A stretch of DNA of 64,000 bases from Octopus vulgaris (Eukaryota): NCBI GenBank assembly GCA_951406725.2, contig OX597841.1, positions 1,860,001 to 1,924,000 on the forward strand, given 5' to 3'. The notes beneath the pieces were generated by a model, which was given only the letters and a program-made list of their open reading frames with translations, made no database searches and was not told where the DNA came from. Made by a program: the position numbers and the translations under genes. Of the stretch, positions 1-13,100 are shown piece by piece. Position 1 is the stretch's first letter, and every line of letters begins with the position of its first letter.

Positions 1-1
1 T

Positions 2-589
2 TGTGCTTTATGTGGGAAATCATTTACTCAGAACTGTAACCTTGTTATCCATATAAGGAGTCACACGGGAGAGAGACCTTATCGTTGTGACATCTGTGGG
101 AAATGTTTTGTTTATAGCAGTGATTTTAACAGACATAAACGAATCCACACTGCAGAAAAACCCTATCACTGTGAAATATGTGGAAAATTGTTCTCTGATA
201 ATTCTAATCTTGCAGTTCACAGAAGAATTCATACTGGAGAAAGGCCATTCCATTGTGATATATGTGAGAAATCTTTTGTTTCTAACAGCGATCTAAGTAG
301 ACATAAAGTAATTCACAGTGGGCAAAAACCGTATCATTGTGACATATGTGGGAAAGATTTCACTCAGAATTCTAGCCTTGTAGTTCACAGACTCATACAC
401 ACTGGAGAAAAACCGTTTGGCTGTGAGACTTGTGGGAAATGCTTTGTCAATAACAGTGATTTAAACAGACATAAACGAATTCATACTGGAGAGAAACCAT
501 TTCATTGTGAAATGTGTGGGAAATCTTTTATCACTAATGGGCACTTAAAAAGGCATGAAAAAATACACACTCGGAAAAAACCGTTTTGA
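2..589 (+). CDS. C2H2 zinc-finger protein, 3' part (7 fingers in window; 5' end lies outside the window)
   Basis: The frame is open from position 2 ([27 protein letters not shown]...) through ORF 188..589. It has CxxC-x12-HxxxH repeats with TGEKP linkers and stops at TGA 587-589. Confidence 0.93.
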   Translation, partial: CALCGKSFTQNCNLVIHIRSHTGERPYRCDICGKCFVYSSDFNRHKRIHTAEKPYHCEICGKLFSDNSNLAVHRRIHTGERPFHCDICEKSFVSNSDLSRHKVIHSGQKPYHCDICGKDFTQNSSLVVHRLIHTGEKPFGCETCGKCFVNNSDLNRHKRIHTGEKPFHCEMCGKSFITNGHLKRHEKIHTRKKPF

Positions 590-839
590 TTGAAATCCAT
601 GAGGATTTTTTTTCATAATTTTTTATTTTGTAGTTCATAAACATAGCCAGGGAAGTGGTTTGAGAAACCACCAGAAAAAATTTGTCACTGAAATATAAGG
701 GAATCAATTCTCTGATAGCTCTCAACTCGTTTATAAAAGAATACAGCCTCAGAAAAAAACTGTTTTGGGATTTGGGTAAAAGAATTATATATACATAAAA
801 GAATTATATATATATATACACACACACATATAAGTGAAG

Positions 840-990
840 GTGAGCAAGAAGCTTGCTTCCCAACCACATGGTCCCAGGTTCATTCCTACAGCATGGAACC
901 TTGGGCCAGAGTCTTCTACTATAGCCTTGAGCTGACCAAAGCATTGTAAGTGGATTTGGTACATGGAAACTGAAAGAATCCCATCATACA
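840..990 (+). mobile_element. tRNA-derived SINE family A, 5' fragment
   Basis: aagaagcttgcttcccaaccacatggtcccaggttc...gtggatttggtacatggaaactgaaagaa matches the head of the intact copies at 28303 and 35162. Confidence 0.75.
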
Positions 991-1484
991 ATATACAGTA
1001 ATCCCTCACCATATTGTGGTTTATTTAAACTTACGCGGATTTCCCTGTGGTGTTGATTTGCATTTAAAATAGAATAAACATACAAATTATAAAAATAAAA
1101 ATACAATACTGTTTTCAGCACCCCCTCATATACATATATATTACACTCTCACATGCATACACACTGGAGGAGAAACTTATAATTGTGAAACTTGAGTTAC
1201 ACTTACAATTCTAAACTTAATGACCACCACCAATGTACACATGCACAGAACAGTTATGAAGGTGATATATGTTGGAAATTTTCTTTGAGTTATTCTACAA
1301 ATGAACTGCTATTTTAGAGAAATTGTTTTAGCAAAAAAAAAAAAAAATTGGAAATATCTGCTATGAATATTTGTCAATAACAGTAAAATTATATCTAAGT
1401 GAAATATATTAGGAATTATTTGATGTGAAATAAGTGAGTACTTGGAATACTTGTAATTCGCTGATGGAAAAACTTTATCGTTTA

Positions 1485-1710
1485 TCTTTTATGTTTTAAG
1501 TGTTTCAGTCATTAAAATGAGGCCATGCTGGGGCACTGCATTGAAGTGTCTAGTTGAATAATCCAAACCCAGTAGCTATTTTTTTAAGTCTGGTGCTTAT
1601 TCTGTTGCTCTCTTGTCCTGAAATGCCTGGTTGTGGGAATGTAAACAAACAGACACCAGTCATTGGAATTTAAACAAACCGGCAGTGGTGGGGGACAGAC
1701 ACCTGTTTGT
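1485..1710 (-). mobile_element. SINE family A, degenerate 3' half
   Basis: tgtttcagtcatt...ggccatgctggggcac is the reverse complement of the family A 3' end. Confidence 0.7.
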
Positions 1711-2440
1711 GTGTGTCTCCCTCCTGCTCCAGCAACTCAATGCCACTTAGTTATCTTTCTTTCTTCTGTCCTCTCCCTGTTAACCATATATTTGCTATCC
1801 AACCACCTCCTTATATACCCATGTTTATCACTCATTGCATTCCCCCTCTCCTTTGGCAATCTTATGCACTCCCTTCTTCCTCTGTCCTCTGTGCCACACC
1901 ATTTACATTCACCTTCTTGTATCTTAAGGCATGTCACCACCACCTCACCCTTTCTCTCTCTTTGGGGTAGCCATGTATCTCCTGTAACAGCAGAACATCT
2001 GGTTATGTCCCTCTGTCATAGTTTGGATATTCTTACAAAAACCTCTGAGACACACAATTAATTCCTGCCTAGACATTAAATTGTTCGACAACGCCATCAC
2101 AGAACCTGTTTTTCTCATTCCTAACAGAAATAGATAGCGCCAATATGAAAATATGCATTAAGATTTAATGTAAGAAGGGACGTAACACTGCCAGTAAATA
2201 ATGAAATGATTACTTGCCCTAATTATTTTATTGTAGTTTACAAATAACACTATACTTATTTAAGTAGAATTTGACTAATTTACTACCTTAAATACAGAAA
2301 AAAGTGACTAATTAGACAAACTTACAAATTAGCTGAACAGTTTTGTTTGATAAATTTAAAAGGTAATTGTAAAGAGTGATAAATTAGAACTAGCATTCTT
2401 TGCTGCAATATTTTAAGTAAAAAGTTTATTATTCTTTACT

Positions 2441-2653
2441 AGAAGTAATAGCTTGTCCTGTACTTTTCCAGATTTATAATCTTAAGAATATTACTTTTCA
2501 TGCTCGCATGAAATAAGTAATAATTTGTTCTGTACTTTTCCAGGTTTATAATCTTAAGAATATTACTTTTCATGCTTGCATGAAATAAGTAATAACTTGT
2601 TCTGTACTTTTCCAGGTTTATAATCTTAAGAATATTACTTTTCATGCTCGCAT
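2441..2653. repeat. 72-bp tandem repeat, about 3 copies
   Basis: catgct(c/t)gcat recurs at 2499, 2571 and 2643 (period 72). This is mirrored by the 24-aa repeat in spurious ORF 2439..2699. Confidence 0.9.
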
Positions 2654-4359
2654 TTTTCCATGTAATATATGATGTGTGTATGTATACATGTATATACATG
2701 CATATAAATGCATGTGTCAGATGGAATTTGTTGATGCAGGTTTTCTATAGCCAGATGGATGCCCTTTCTGTCACCAACCCTCACTTGTTTCCACATAAGC
2801 TAATATCCATATATATGTGTGTGTGAGTGTGTTTGTTACAGTCTCCTTGTCTTGACATATGATAGTTGTAAATAAACATCACTATTATTTGAAAACAAAA
2901 TATATCTGGCCTTGGAGAAATATCTGCCTAACTTGGAAACAGTTGAGGGTTTGTGACAGGAAGGGCACAAGTTTATAGACATGACTCAATAAACCAATGA
3001 CAGGTTAAAAAACAAACGTATATAAAACTAAAATAAAAATGTACCTTCACACATAACATTGATTTAACAATAGTTCAGGTAATGTTTTACTAACCAATAC
3101 AGGACCCTTCGTTTTACTCCAATAAGGTTAGGCAGATTATATTACCAAGGTGGCAGTCTTATAAATCAAGCTTTCAATGCACAGGTACTGCAAATGCTAT
3201 TTGAATGATAATGATACAGCACTAGGAATGGAAGCATTTAAAATAAAAATCAGCAACACAAAGCACAATAATACAACTTCATATGTACAATTGTTGTCTT
3301 AGTTGCTCCACCAGATTACATACAACTGTGATACCTTGGCGCTTTCCTAAATTTGTATTGTTGGCTGACATAAGTGCTCCCAACACATCCAGCCTGGTTT
3401 TTTGTAAAGACAGATAACTCATGAGGTGAAGCATTAATACTGCAACTGAACACTTTTTACATCCTAAACAATCCACGCCAACACAAACCATAGCAAACCA
3501 ACTAGAACTCTTCTTCAGGCATCACCTACTCCATGCTTTATATATACCACTATTAATCATTGATTACTCCACCAGCTTACACACCTCAACTATTACACCT
3601 AAATACTTTTCCCAAACTACGTCATGGCTGACTTAAGTGTTCATAACATAAACATCCCATACAGACAAGAAAGCTATATTTTGAAAGCTGTATAGCCATG
3701 AAAACAGTAAAAAGATTGGGTATTTTACTCTTAAAAGATTGAACTTGAACCCACACCACCCAGATACCAGCTGAGTATCTACCAATCGAGCCAAACTGCC
3801 CACTAACAACAATATCTGCCAAAGTAATGCTAAATACAATTTTCAGTGAAGATAGATAACACAAAAGATGAAGCAATGACATTGCAACTAAACTTGTTTT
3901 ACAATAAGTTTTCTCTCAAAACGATGTACCAAAGGTCGGGTTTAACATCTAAGAATTTCACAATGATTTTAGGATTTCACCTAATTTTGAACTTTCAAAA
4001 TTCTAATGATCTACCTGTTGCTTGTTTCAGTCATTAGACTGCTGCCATATTGGAGCACTTGCTTAAATATTAGTCAAACAAATCGACCCCATTACTTATT
4101 TTAGGTGAAAAGCCTTGTACTTATTCTATCGGTATTTTTTGCCAAACTGCTAAGGAAATGACTGTAAAAGATATTCTTCAGCAGCCTAGACCCTAATTGA
4201 AAGAAACTTTTAATTTTTGAATTAATTCAGATTAATTAATTTAAAATCTCAAGTCAGAGAGAGGACCACATGGTATACCTACAGCTACCAGAGACCTTAT
4301 GGAATTTATCTCTTGAAAGGAAATTTGAAGAATTTTATGGAAATATAATTCCGGCGCAT

Positions 4360-4520
4360 AATTACTAACCACATGGTTCCAGGTTCAGTCCCACTGCGCG
4401 GCACCTTGAGGAAGTGACTTCTACTATAGCCTCGGGCCGACCAAAGTCTTGGGGTCGATTTGTTCAACTAAAGGCGGTGCTTCAGCATGGCCGCAGTCAA
4501 ATGACAAGTAAAATAGCGAA
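4360..4520 (+). mobile_element. SINE family A, internally deleted copy
   Basis: The head (ccacatggttccaggttcagtcccactgcgcggcacc) is joined directly to the tail (ggcggtgcttcagcatggccgcagtcaaatgac). Confidence 0.75.
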
Positions 4521-5234
4521 AGGAGTGAAATTATTTGTACTTCTTAACATAAGAAAATAAATTTAGAAGCGGTTCTCTCCCCTTATATAACGATTCCCAA
4601 TAATTCTACCAAGTGTATATCAAACATTGCCAGATTTTCTAATACGATTCTCTCCCTTTAATTAATTTCCAGTAAATCCACCGAAAAGACAATCAAAATC
4701 AAACAAAAATTCTACATCAGTGCAGGACAATGACAATAACAGTGATAAAAACCAGAAATACTATTTTATCTTGCTTCCCAACATCACATTTCTCCACAAA
4801 ATGCATAAAAAAAGGTCCAACACTATCTCCCATAAACCTTTCACAAAAATGTAAATGACTTCAATACTACAGCAGCAACATAATCAAATGAAATGAAAAT
4901 GTCCGTCACACATAGCATTGACATCTCAGTGTTTCAGTTAGCATTTTTTTTCCCTTTTTACAGCTCCTACACAGGATCCCAAATTCTATATGAATATAGT
5001 TAGACAGTCCATTTTAGTATGGAGGAGTCTTTTATAAATCCAGCTTCCAAATTATAGATGTCAGGTAGATACATGAATAATGTATGACTGCTCTAGTAGC
5101 ATCAGCATTCAAGATAAAAACCGGTAACACAAAGCACAATAATATAACACCCTTTATATATATATTGGTGCAGGAGTGGCTATGTATATGTGTGTGTGTG
5201 TATGTATATATGTATGTGTGTGTATATATATATA

Positions 5235-6168
<934 letters not shown>

Positions 6169-6973
6169 AATACATTCGACTATCAATATCATGTATTCTA
6201 TTTCTATTTGACTTTCGTAAAATCGAATCTGTTTCATTTCACCTCGATTAGTATGTCTCATGAACGGACGCCCTGCTGCACCTGGTTTTATAGTGAATTC
6301 CCAACGAAATACTTCCATATCAGCAGATAATCATTGAAAAGCATACAATTACAACACGAGTTCGATCTTTGTCAGATCCAGTGACTTGTATTGCTCGGTA
6401 TACCCGCTGTGGATTGTTGAAGAATTTTCACATGTGCCCAGGGCAAGACTCTATTCAAAATAAGCCGAACATTTCCCCTTCGCAGTGTGTTCCACCTATG
6501 ATTATGAAATGTTTTGGTTCATTATGACTTTACGGACGTCAAATAGGAAAATACCCTATTTCTGTTTCTTCTGAAGTAAATAAAATATGTGTCACTATAG
6601 GACAGTCGCACTTCTTTGTTTAATTATTCCCCAAATGAAGTGTGTATGGGCAAAATGAGTAATGTCTAATTTCAATTTCTTCTCTTTAATTGCAAGGTAA
6701 GTAAATATATCATGAAGGGGACACTCCAGCAAGTCGTGAGGAAGCTACAGTTAATATTTTAGGTTGAGCTTTGTTTTTTATTTAGTCAAGTTTCATTAAT
6801 TTCATATCATGTGCCATTTTTCCCCTTATCATCTTTCATTTGACCTAGATATTAAAATTTTTTTGACATTTCTGATGTCTTAGGATTGATACTGATGTGC
6901 ATCAGTCTGTTTTCTAGAGAACTGAAGCTGCACGTTTACATTGTCTTACTCATTTTGCCCCAGTGAGATCATT

Positions 6974-7099
6974 GCTACTTTAGCATGCGGTCCACCACAG
7001 TATCCTGTCTATACTGTGAAATTACATTGTGAATTACATTCTAAAAGTAATTTCACAGCACAGACCGGACACTACAGTAGACCGCATGCTAAAATAGCA
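6974..7099. mobile_element. Short palindromic MITE-like inverted repeat
   Basis: gctactttagcatgcggtc...ctgtgaaattac pairs with gtaatttcacag...gaccgcatgctaaaatagc (imperfect arms of about 50 bp). Confidence 0.6.
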
Positions 7100-7720
7100 C
7101 CATAAAATTTGTTTTTTATATGCTCAGAGAACAGAAGATAATTTTCTGATAATAATGATTAGATTATGTGTTATAATGCTTTTAATGCATTTAGGGAAGG
7201 CCCTTTGCTTAGCTGATATAGTTTTTATAAAGTAGAGAACATTCATACAAAATATATTCCATCTCTGTCAAAAATGCAATAAAAACTACTCATTGTGCCT
7301 TCCCCACTATTCTGTTTCTGTCTCTTAAGAAATTGCAATGTGTCACTACAGGACACTTAAACTTCTTTGCTTAGTTATTCCCAAAATGTTCCACACAATG
7401 TTTCAACTGCACAGTATTCATTTCATCCAGTGGCATAGCTAAAAAGGGAGCAACTGCTCTCCTCACCCAAGCACAATTTTCAAAATTGCCACCTCTTATA
7501 AAATGTATAATCAAGGAGTTCAAAATCGTTTGGTATATGGCACAGCACCTTATTTTTTGTATGTGTTTGCTACCCAACAAACCTGGCTATGCTCTGATTT
7601 CATCCAACCATTTGGCTGAATTCTGGTTTAAGCACTTCATGAAGGTGCACGGCTCAATGGTCAGAATGTCGGGCTCACAAGTATTTGCCTGGAGAAATAT
7701 CTATTCATTGATATTTGTTT

Positions 7721-7943
7721 TTAACCTTTTAGTATTTAGATTACACAGTCAAATGTAATGCTTATTCAGTCACATCACTTTGAAGTAATCCTGTATTATC
7801 TCATCAGGCTTTTGATGATGTTATTGCTTATTTTTAGAATAACATTGTTGGGTAGGGTGAGATGATAGATCTGGTTGGTTTCAACATTAAACAGGTAGAC
7901 TATTTGGAATGGATATGGCTGGTTTGAACACTAGAGGATTGAA
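7721..7943 (+). mobile_element. piggyBac-like (TTAA-CCC) MITE, degenerate; relatives at 26891-27118 (-) and 31611-31730 (+)
   Basis: It starts ttaacc(c/t)tttag(c/t)att and the internal sequence is shared among the three loci. Confidence 0.6.
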
Positions 7944-8199
7944 TTTTCTTACAGAGAGACAATTTCATTAATGGTAACTAGAAAAACACAGGAGTAAAAT
8001 CTTATTTATGTGAAAGCTTATGGAAAATTATTCTCATTCATAAACTGTGTTTAATTATAAACAGAGAATACAGGCAGGAAATATTAGTGTGATGATATTA
8101 GTTAAATTGTCTTTAACTAGCAGTAATAGAAAAAATACTTGAAATTTTTATGTAAAATTTTATCACTGAAATTTTGGACAAAATATATTTCTCCTAATA

Positions 8200-8830
8200 G
8201 GCACAGGCATGGTTGTGTGGTAAGGCGGCGAGCTGGCAGAAACGTTAGCACGCCGGGCGAAATGCTTAGCAGTATTCTGTCAGCTGCTACGATCTGAGTT
8301 CAAATTCCGCCGAGGTCGACTTTGATTTCCATCCTTTCGGGGTCGATAAATTAAGTACCAGTTATGCACTGGGGTCAATATAATCGACTTAATCCATTTG
8401 TCTGTCCTTGTTTGTCCTCTCTGTGTTTAGCCCCTTGTGGGCAGTAAAGAAATAAGAAGACTGCTTTCCAACTACATAATTTCAGATTAAGTTCAACTGC
8501 GTGGCAACTTGGGCAAGTGTCATCTGCTATAGCCTTGGGAGAACCAAAGCCTTGTGAGTGGATTTGATAGACGGAAAGTGACAGAAGCCCGACATATATA
8601 TGAATATATATTTATGTGTGTGTATTTGTTCCCCTAGCACCACTTGACAACTGGTGTTGGTGCGTTTATTTCACTGTAACATAGCGGTCCCTCAAAAGAG
8701 CCTAACAGAATAAGTACTTGGCTTACAAAAGAATAAGTCCTGAGATCGATTTCTTCGACTGGAAACCATTTGAGGTAGTGCTCCAGCATGGCCACAGTCA
8801 AATGACTGAAACATGTAAAGCAATGAAAGT
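8200..8830 (+). mobile_element. SINE family A with a family B SINE nested at about 8222-8458
   Basis: The family A head ggcacaggcatggttgtgtggtaag is interrupted by aaggcggcgagctggcagaaacgttagc...aaagaaataag and then resumes with aagactgctttccaac. Confidence 0.85.
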
Positions 8831-9026
8831 ATAATAGTAACCCGTAGAAATTACAGATATTTAATCAAAATGACTGGAACGTGTCAAACAAAAATGGCAC
8901 TCCGTGGAAATTAGATATTTTGAGAATTATATAATTTTTTGAAGCATTGAAACCTTGAGATGATGTAAAAGTCCATATAAATACTATCAAATGAGAAATC
9001 TCCAGAAAATTCGATAAAAGTTATAG

Positions 9027-9310
9027 TCTTACCTCTTCTCTTCTGTGAGCTGTCTGTTATTTTTCACATTACTTTAAGAAGTAAAACAGCAAAATCAAAA
9101 ACCATATTTATATAATTATTCTGCTTCATTGCGTTCGTAAAGTCTTTAACAAATCTTAGTATGGTGAATTTGGGAAAGAAACTCGAAAAACACCGTGTCC
9201 TAAAGCTTATCATACTTACTCTTGTTGGTTTTACATCTTGTCTTGGCCATAGTTTACAAGTTTTCTCTGAGCAGACGACACTTAATTCACTAATGCGCAT
9301 GCGTGGCTTG
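9027..9310 (-). promoter_or_regulatory. Putative promoter plus two 5' exons (array copy 1)
   Basis: TGCGCATGCG at 9294-9303. On the minus strand: donor AGA|GTAAGT (9219), pyrimidine tract plus AG (9073-9072), 39-nt exon 9071-9033, and donor GAG|GTAAGA (9032). Confidence 0.55.
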
Positions 9311-10332
9311 AGCTGCGTTTTTAAATCAAAAATAAAACAATAAGTAGACGAACGCTTTCCCTTTCCTTAAACACACTCTTACTCTCTCCGTTTCTCACTC
9401 TCTCACACACACATTGTCTCCCTTCTCCTCTCTCTCACACACACGTTGTCTCTCTCCCCTTCTCTCTCTCTTACACATACATTGTCTCCCTCCCCTCTCT
9501 CTCTCTTAAACACACATTGTCTCCCTCCCCCTCCCTCTCTCTTTCTCTGTCTCTCTCATTCTAACTCTTTTTCCTTTTACTTTTTTTCAACGACATCGCA
9601 TCTCTCTTCTGTTAATTCCCCCTCTATCTGTCTGTCTCTTTCTTTTCTCTCCCCCCTTGGTTCCCTCCCTCCCTCTCTCTTTCTTTTATTTCCTTTAACA
9701 ATGCCGCATCTCGCCTGAGTTAAATATTCTTTTTCCTTTCTCTCCCTCTCATTCTCTCTTTTATAAAAGTCCGTAGAAATACTATTAAATGCACCAAATG
9801 ATAGATGCAAGCTATTAAAGAATTAAGAGTTTATCTGGGGAACAAGGAGATACCGGCATGGCTGGGTAGTTAAAACATCTGGTACTGAACCTGACGATAC
9901 AGGATGGGAAGCTTGCCATTACACGGCACCTTTGGCAAGTGTCTTCTTGTACAGACCGGGCCAACCAGAGCCTTGTGAATGGATTTGATAGATGGAAACT
10001 AAATGAAGTATATCCTATATATATGTGTGTATGCCTGTGTTTGTCCCCTACTCATCACCACTTGACTGATGTTAGTGTTTATGTCCTCGTGACTTGGCGG
10101 TTCGGCAGAGAAACCAACAGAATAAGTATAAGACCGGGCCAACTAGAGCCTTGTGAGTGGATTTGATAGATGGAAACTAAATGAAGCCCGTCCTACACAC
10201 ACACATATATATATATATAAATATATAATAACAAAGGGTAAAATTAATTTATTAAGAAGTAATCAATAATTTCACCAAGTAGAATTCGGCATGAAAAAAG
10301 GACCATTTCACGGTAAACTTAAGTAATGCTTT

Positions 10333-10490
10333 ATAATTAGGGTTCAGCAAAGATTTGCTTTACCACATAGCGAAGTTTAGAAATAGCAGCCAAAAACCTT
10401 AGCTAAAGTAGAAGAAATAGCTAAGGTTTTTGGCTGCTATTTCTAAACTTCGGTATGTGGTAAAGCAAATCTTTGCTGAAGCCTAATTAT
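10333..10490. repeat. Long inverted repeat (73-bp arms, 12-nt loop)
   Basis: ataattagggttcagc...ccttagcta / aagtagaagaaa / tagctaagg...gcctaattat, with 2 mismatches. Confidence 0.95.
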
Positions 10491-10537
10491 TAAGTATATA
10501 TATATATATATATATATATATTATGTGTGTGTGTGTG

Positions 10538-10572
<35 letters not shown>

Positions 10573-12287
10573 GTGTCTGTTTGTCCCCCACCCATCACCA
10601 CTTGACCCATGTTAGTGTGTTTATGTCCCCGTAACTTGGTGGGTCGCCAGAGAGGAAAAATACAATAAGTATTAGGTTTATAAAGAATAAAATCTTGGAA
10701 TCAATTTGTTCGACTGAAAACATTTTAAGGCAATGCTCCAGCATGGCTGCAATCAAATGACTGAAACGTATCAAAGAATAATATCACTCCGTAAAAATTA
10801 CAGATATTTTGAGAATTATATAATTTTCTGAACCATTGAAACCTTGAGATGATGTAAAAGTCCATATAAATACTATCAAATGAACAATCTCCAGAAAAAT
10901 CGATGAAAGTTATAGTCTTACCTCTTCTCTTCTCTGAGCTGTCTGTTATTTTTCACATTACTTTAAGAAGTAAAACAGCAAAATCAAAAACCATATTTAT
11001 ATAATTATTCTGCTTCATTGCGTTGATAAAGCCTTTAACAAACCTTAGTATGGTGTATTTGGAAAAGAAGCTCTAAAAACACCGTGTCCTAAAGCTTCTC
11101 ATAATTACTCTTGTTGGTTTTACATCTTGTCTTGGCCATAGTTTACAAGTTTTCTCTGAGCAGACGACACTTAATTCACTAATGCGCATGCGTGGCTTGA
11201 GCTGCGTTTTTAAATCAAAAATAAAACAAAAGAAGACGAACGCTTTTCGCCTTTCCCTTTCCTTAAACACACTCTTACTCTCTCCGTTTCTCACTCTTTC
11301 ACACACACATTGTCTCCCTCCCCTTCTCTCTCTCTTACACATACATTGTCTCCCTTCCCCTCTCTTTCTCTCACACATACATTGTCTCCCTCCCCCCTTT
11401 CTCTCTCTCTCACACACACATTGTCTCCCTCCCTCTCTCTTACATACGCATTGTCTCCCTCCCCTCTCTCTCTTACACACACACTGTCTCTCTCCCTTCT
11501 CTGTCACACGCATACATTGTCTCCCTCCCCCTTTCTCTCTCTCTTACACCCACATTGTCTTCCTCCCCCCTCTTTCTCTTTCTCTCTGTCTCTCTCATTC
11601 TAACTCTTTTTACTTTTACTTTTTTTCAACGACATCGCATCTCCCCTATGTTAAATATTCCCTTTTCCCCCTCTATCTGTCTGTCTCTTTCTCTTCTCTC
11701 CCCCCTCAGTTCCCTCCCTCTCTCTCTTTCTTATTCTCTTTCTTTTATTTCCTTTAACTTTTCCGCATCTCGCCTGAGTTAAATATTCTATTTCCTTTCT
11801 TTCTGTGTGTCTGTGTCTCTCTCTCTCTCTCTCTGTCTCATTGTCTCTTTTATAAAAGTCCGTAGAAATATTATTAAATGCACCAAATGATAGATACAAA
11901 CTTTTAAAGAATTAAGAGTTTATCTGGGGGACAAGGAGATACTGGCATGGCTGGGTAGTTAAGACATCTGGTACTGAACCTGACGATACAGGATGGGAGG
12001 CTTGCCATTACACGGCACCTTTGACAAGTGTCTTCTTGTACAGACCGGGCCAACCAGAGCCTTGTGAATGGATTTGATAGATGGAAACTAAATGAAGCCC
12101 GTCCTATATATATATGTGTGTATGTCTGTGTTTGTACCCTACCCATCGCCACTTGACCCATGTTAGTGTGTTTATGTCCCCGTAACCTGGCGGTTCGGCA
12201 GAGAAACCAACAGAATAAGTATAAGACCGGGCCAACTAGAGCCTTGTGAGTGGATTTGATAGATGGAAACTAAATGAAGCCCGTCTT

Positions 12288-12322
<35 letters not shown>

Positions 12323-12428
12323 AATATATAATAACAAAGGGTAAAATTAATTTATTAAGAAGTAATCAATAATTTCACCAAGTAGAATTCGGCATGAAAA
12401 AAGGACCATTTCACGGTAAACTTAAGTA

Positions 12429-12600
12429 ATACTTAATAATTAGGGTTCAGCAAAGATTTGCTTTACCACATACCGAAGTTTAGAAATAGCAGCCAAAAAC
12501 CTTAGCTAAAGTAGAAGAAATAGCTAAGGTTTTTGGCTGCTATTTCTAAACTTCGGTATGTGGTAAAGCACATCTTTGCTGAACCCTAATTATTAAGTAT
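12429..12600. repeat. Long inverted repeat (80-bp arms, 12-nt loop)
   Basis: Second copy of the hairpin; 1 mismatch seen. Confidence 0.95.
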
Positions 12601-12784
12601 ATATATATATTTATGTATGTGTCTGTTTGTCCCCCACCCATCACCACTTGACCCATGTTAGTGTGTTTATGTCCCCGTGACTTGGCGGTTCGGCAGAGAA
12701 ACCAACAGAATAAGTATTAGACCGGGCCAACTAGAGCCTTATGAATGGATTTCATAGATGGAAACTAAATGAAGCCCGTCCTAT

Positions 12785-12844
<60 letters not shown>

Positions 12845-12950
12845 ACAAAGGCTAAAATTAATCAATTAAGAAGTAATCAATAATTTCACCAAGTAGAATT
12901 CGGCATGAAAAAAGGACCATTTCACTGTAAACTTAAGTAATAATTTATAA

Positions 12951-13100
12951 TTAGGGTTCAGCAAAGATTTGCTTTACCACATACCGAAGTTTAGAAATAG
13001 CAGCCAAAAACCTTAGCTAAAGTAGAAGAAATAGCTAAGATTTTTGGCTGCTATTTCTAAACTTCGGTATGTGGTAAAGCAAATCTTTGCTGAACCCTAA
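12951..13100. repeat. Long inverted repeat (about 69-bp arms, 12-nt loop)
   Basis: Third copy of the hairpin. Confidence 0.95.

Noticed and set aside
9220-9250. MAKTRCKTNK as a histone H3/CENP-A N-terminus
   Set aside because: The resemblance to MARTKQTARK is only superficial, and no histone-fold exons are visible in the window.
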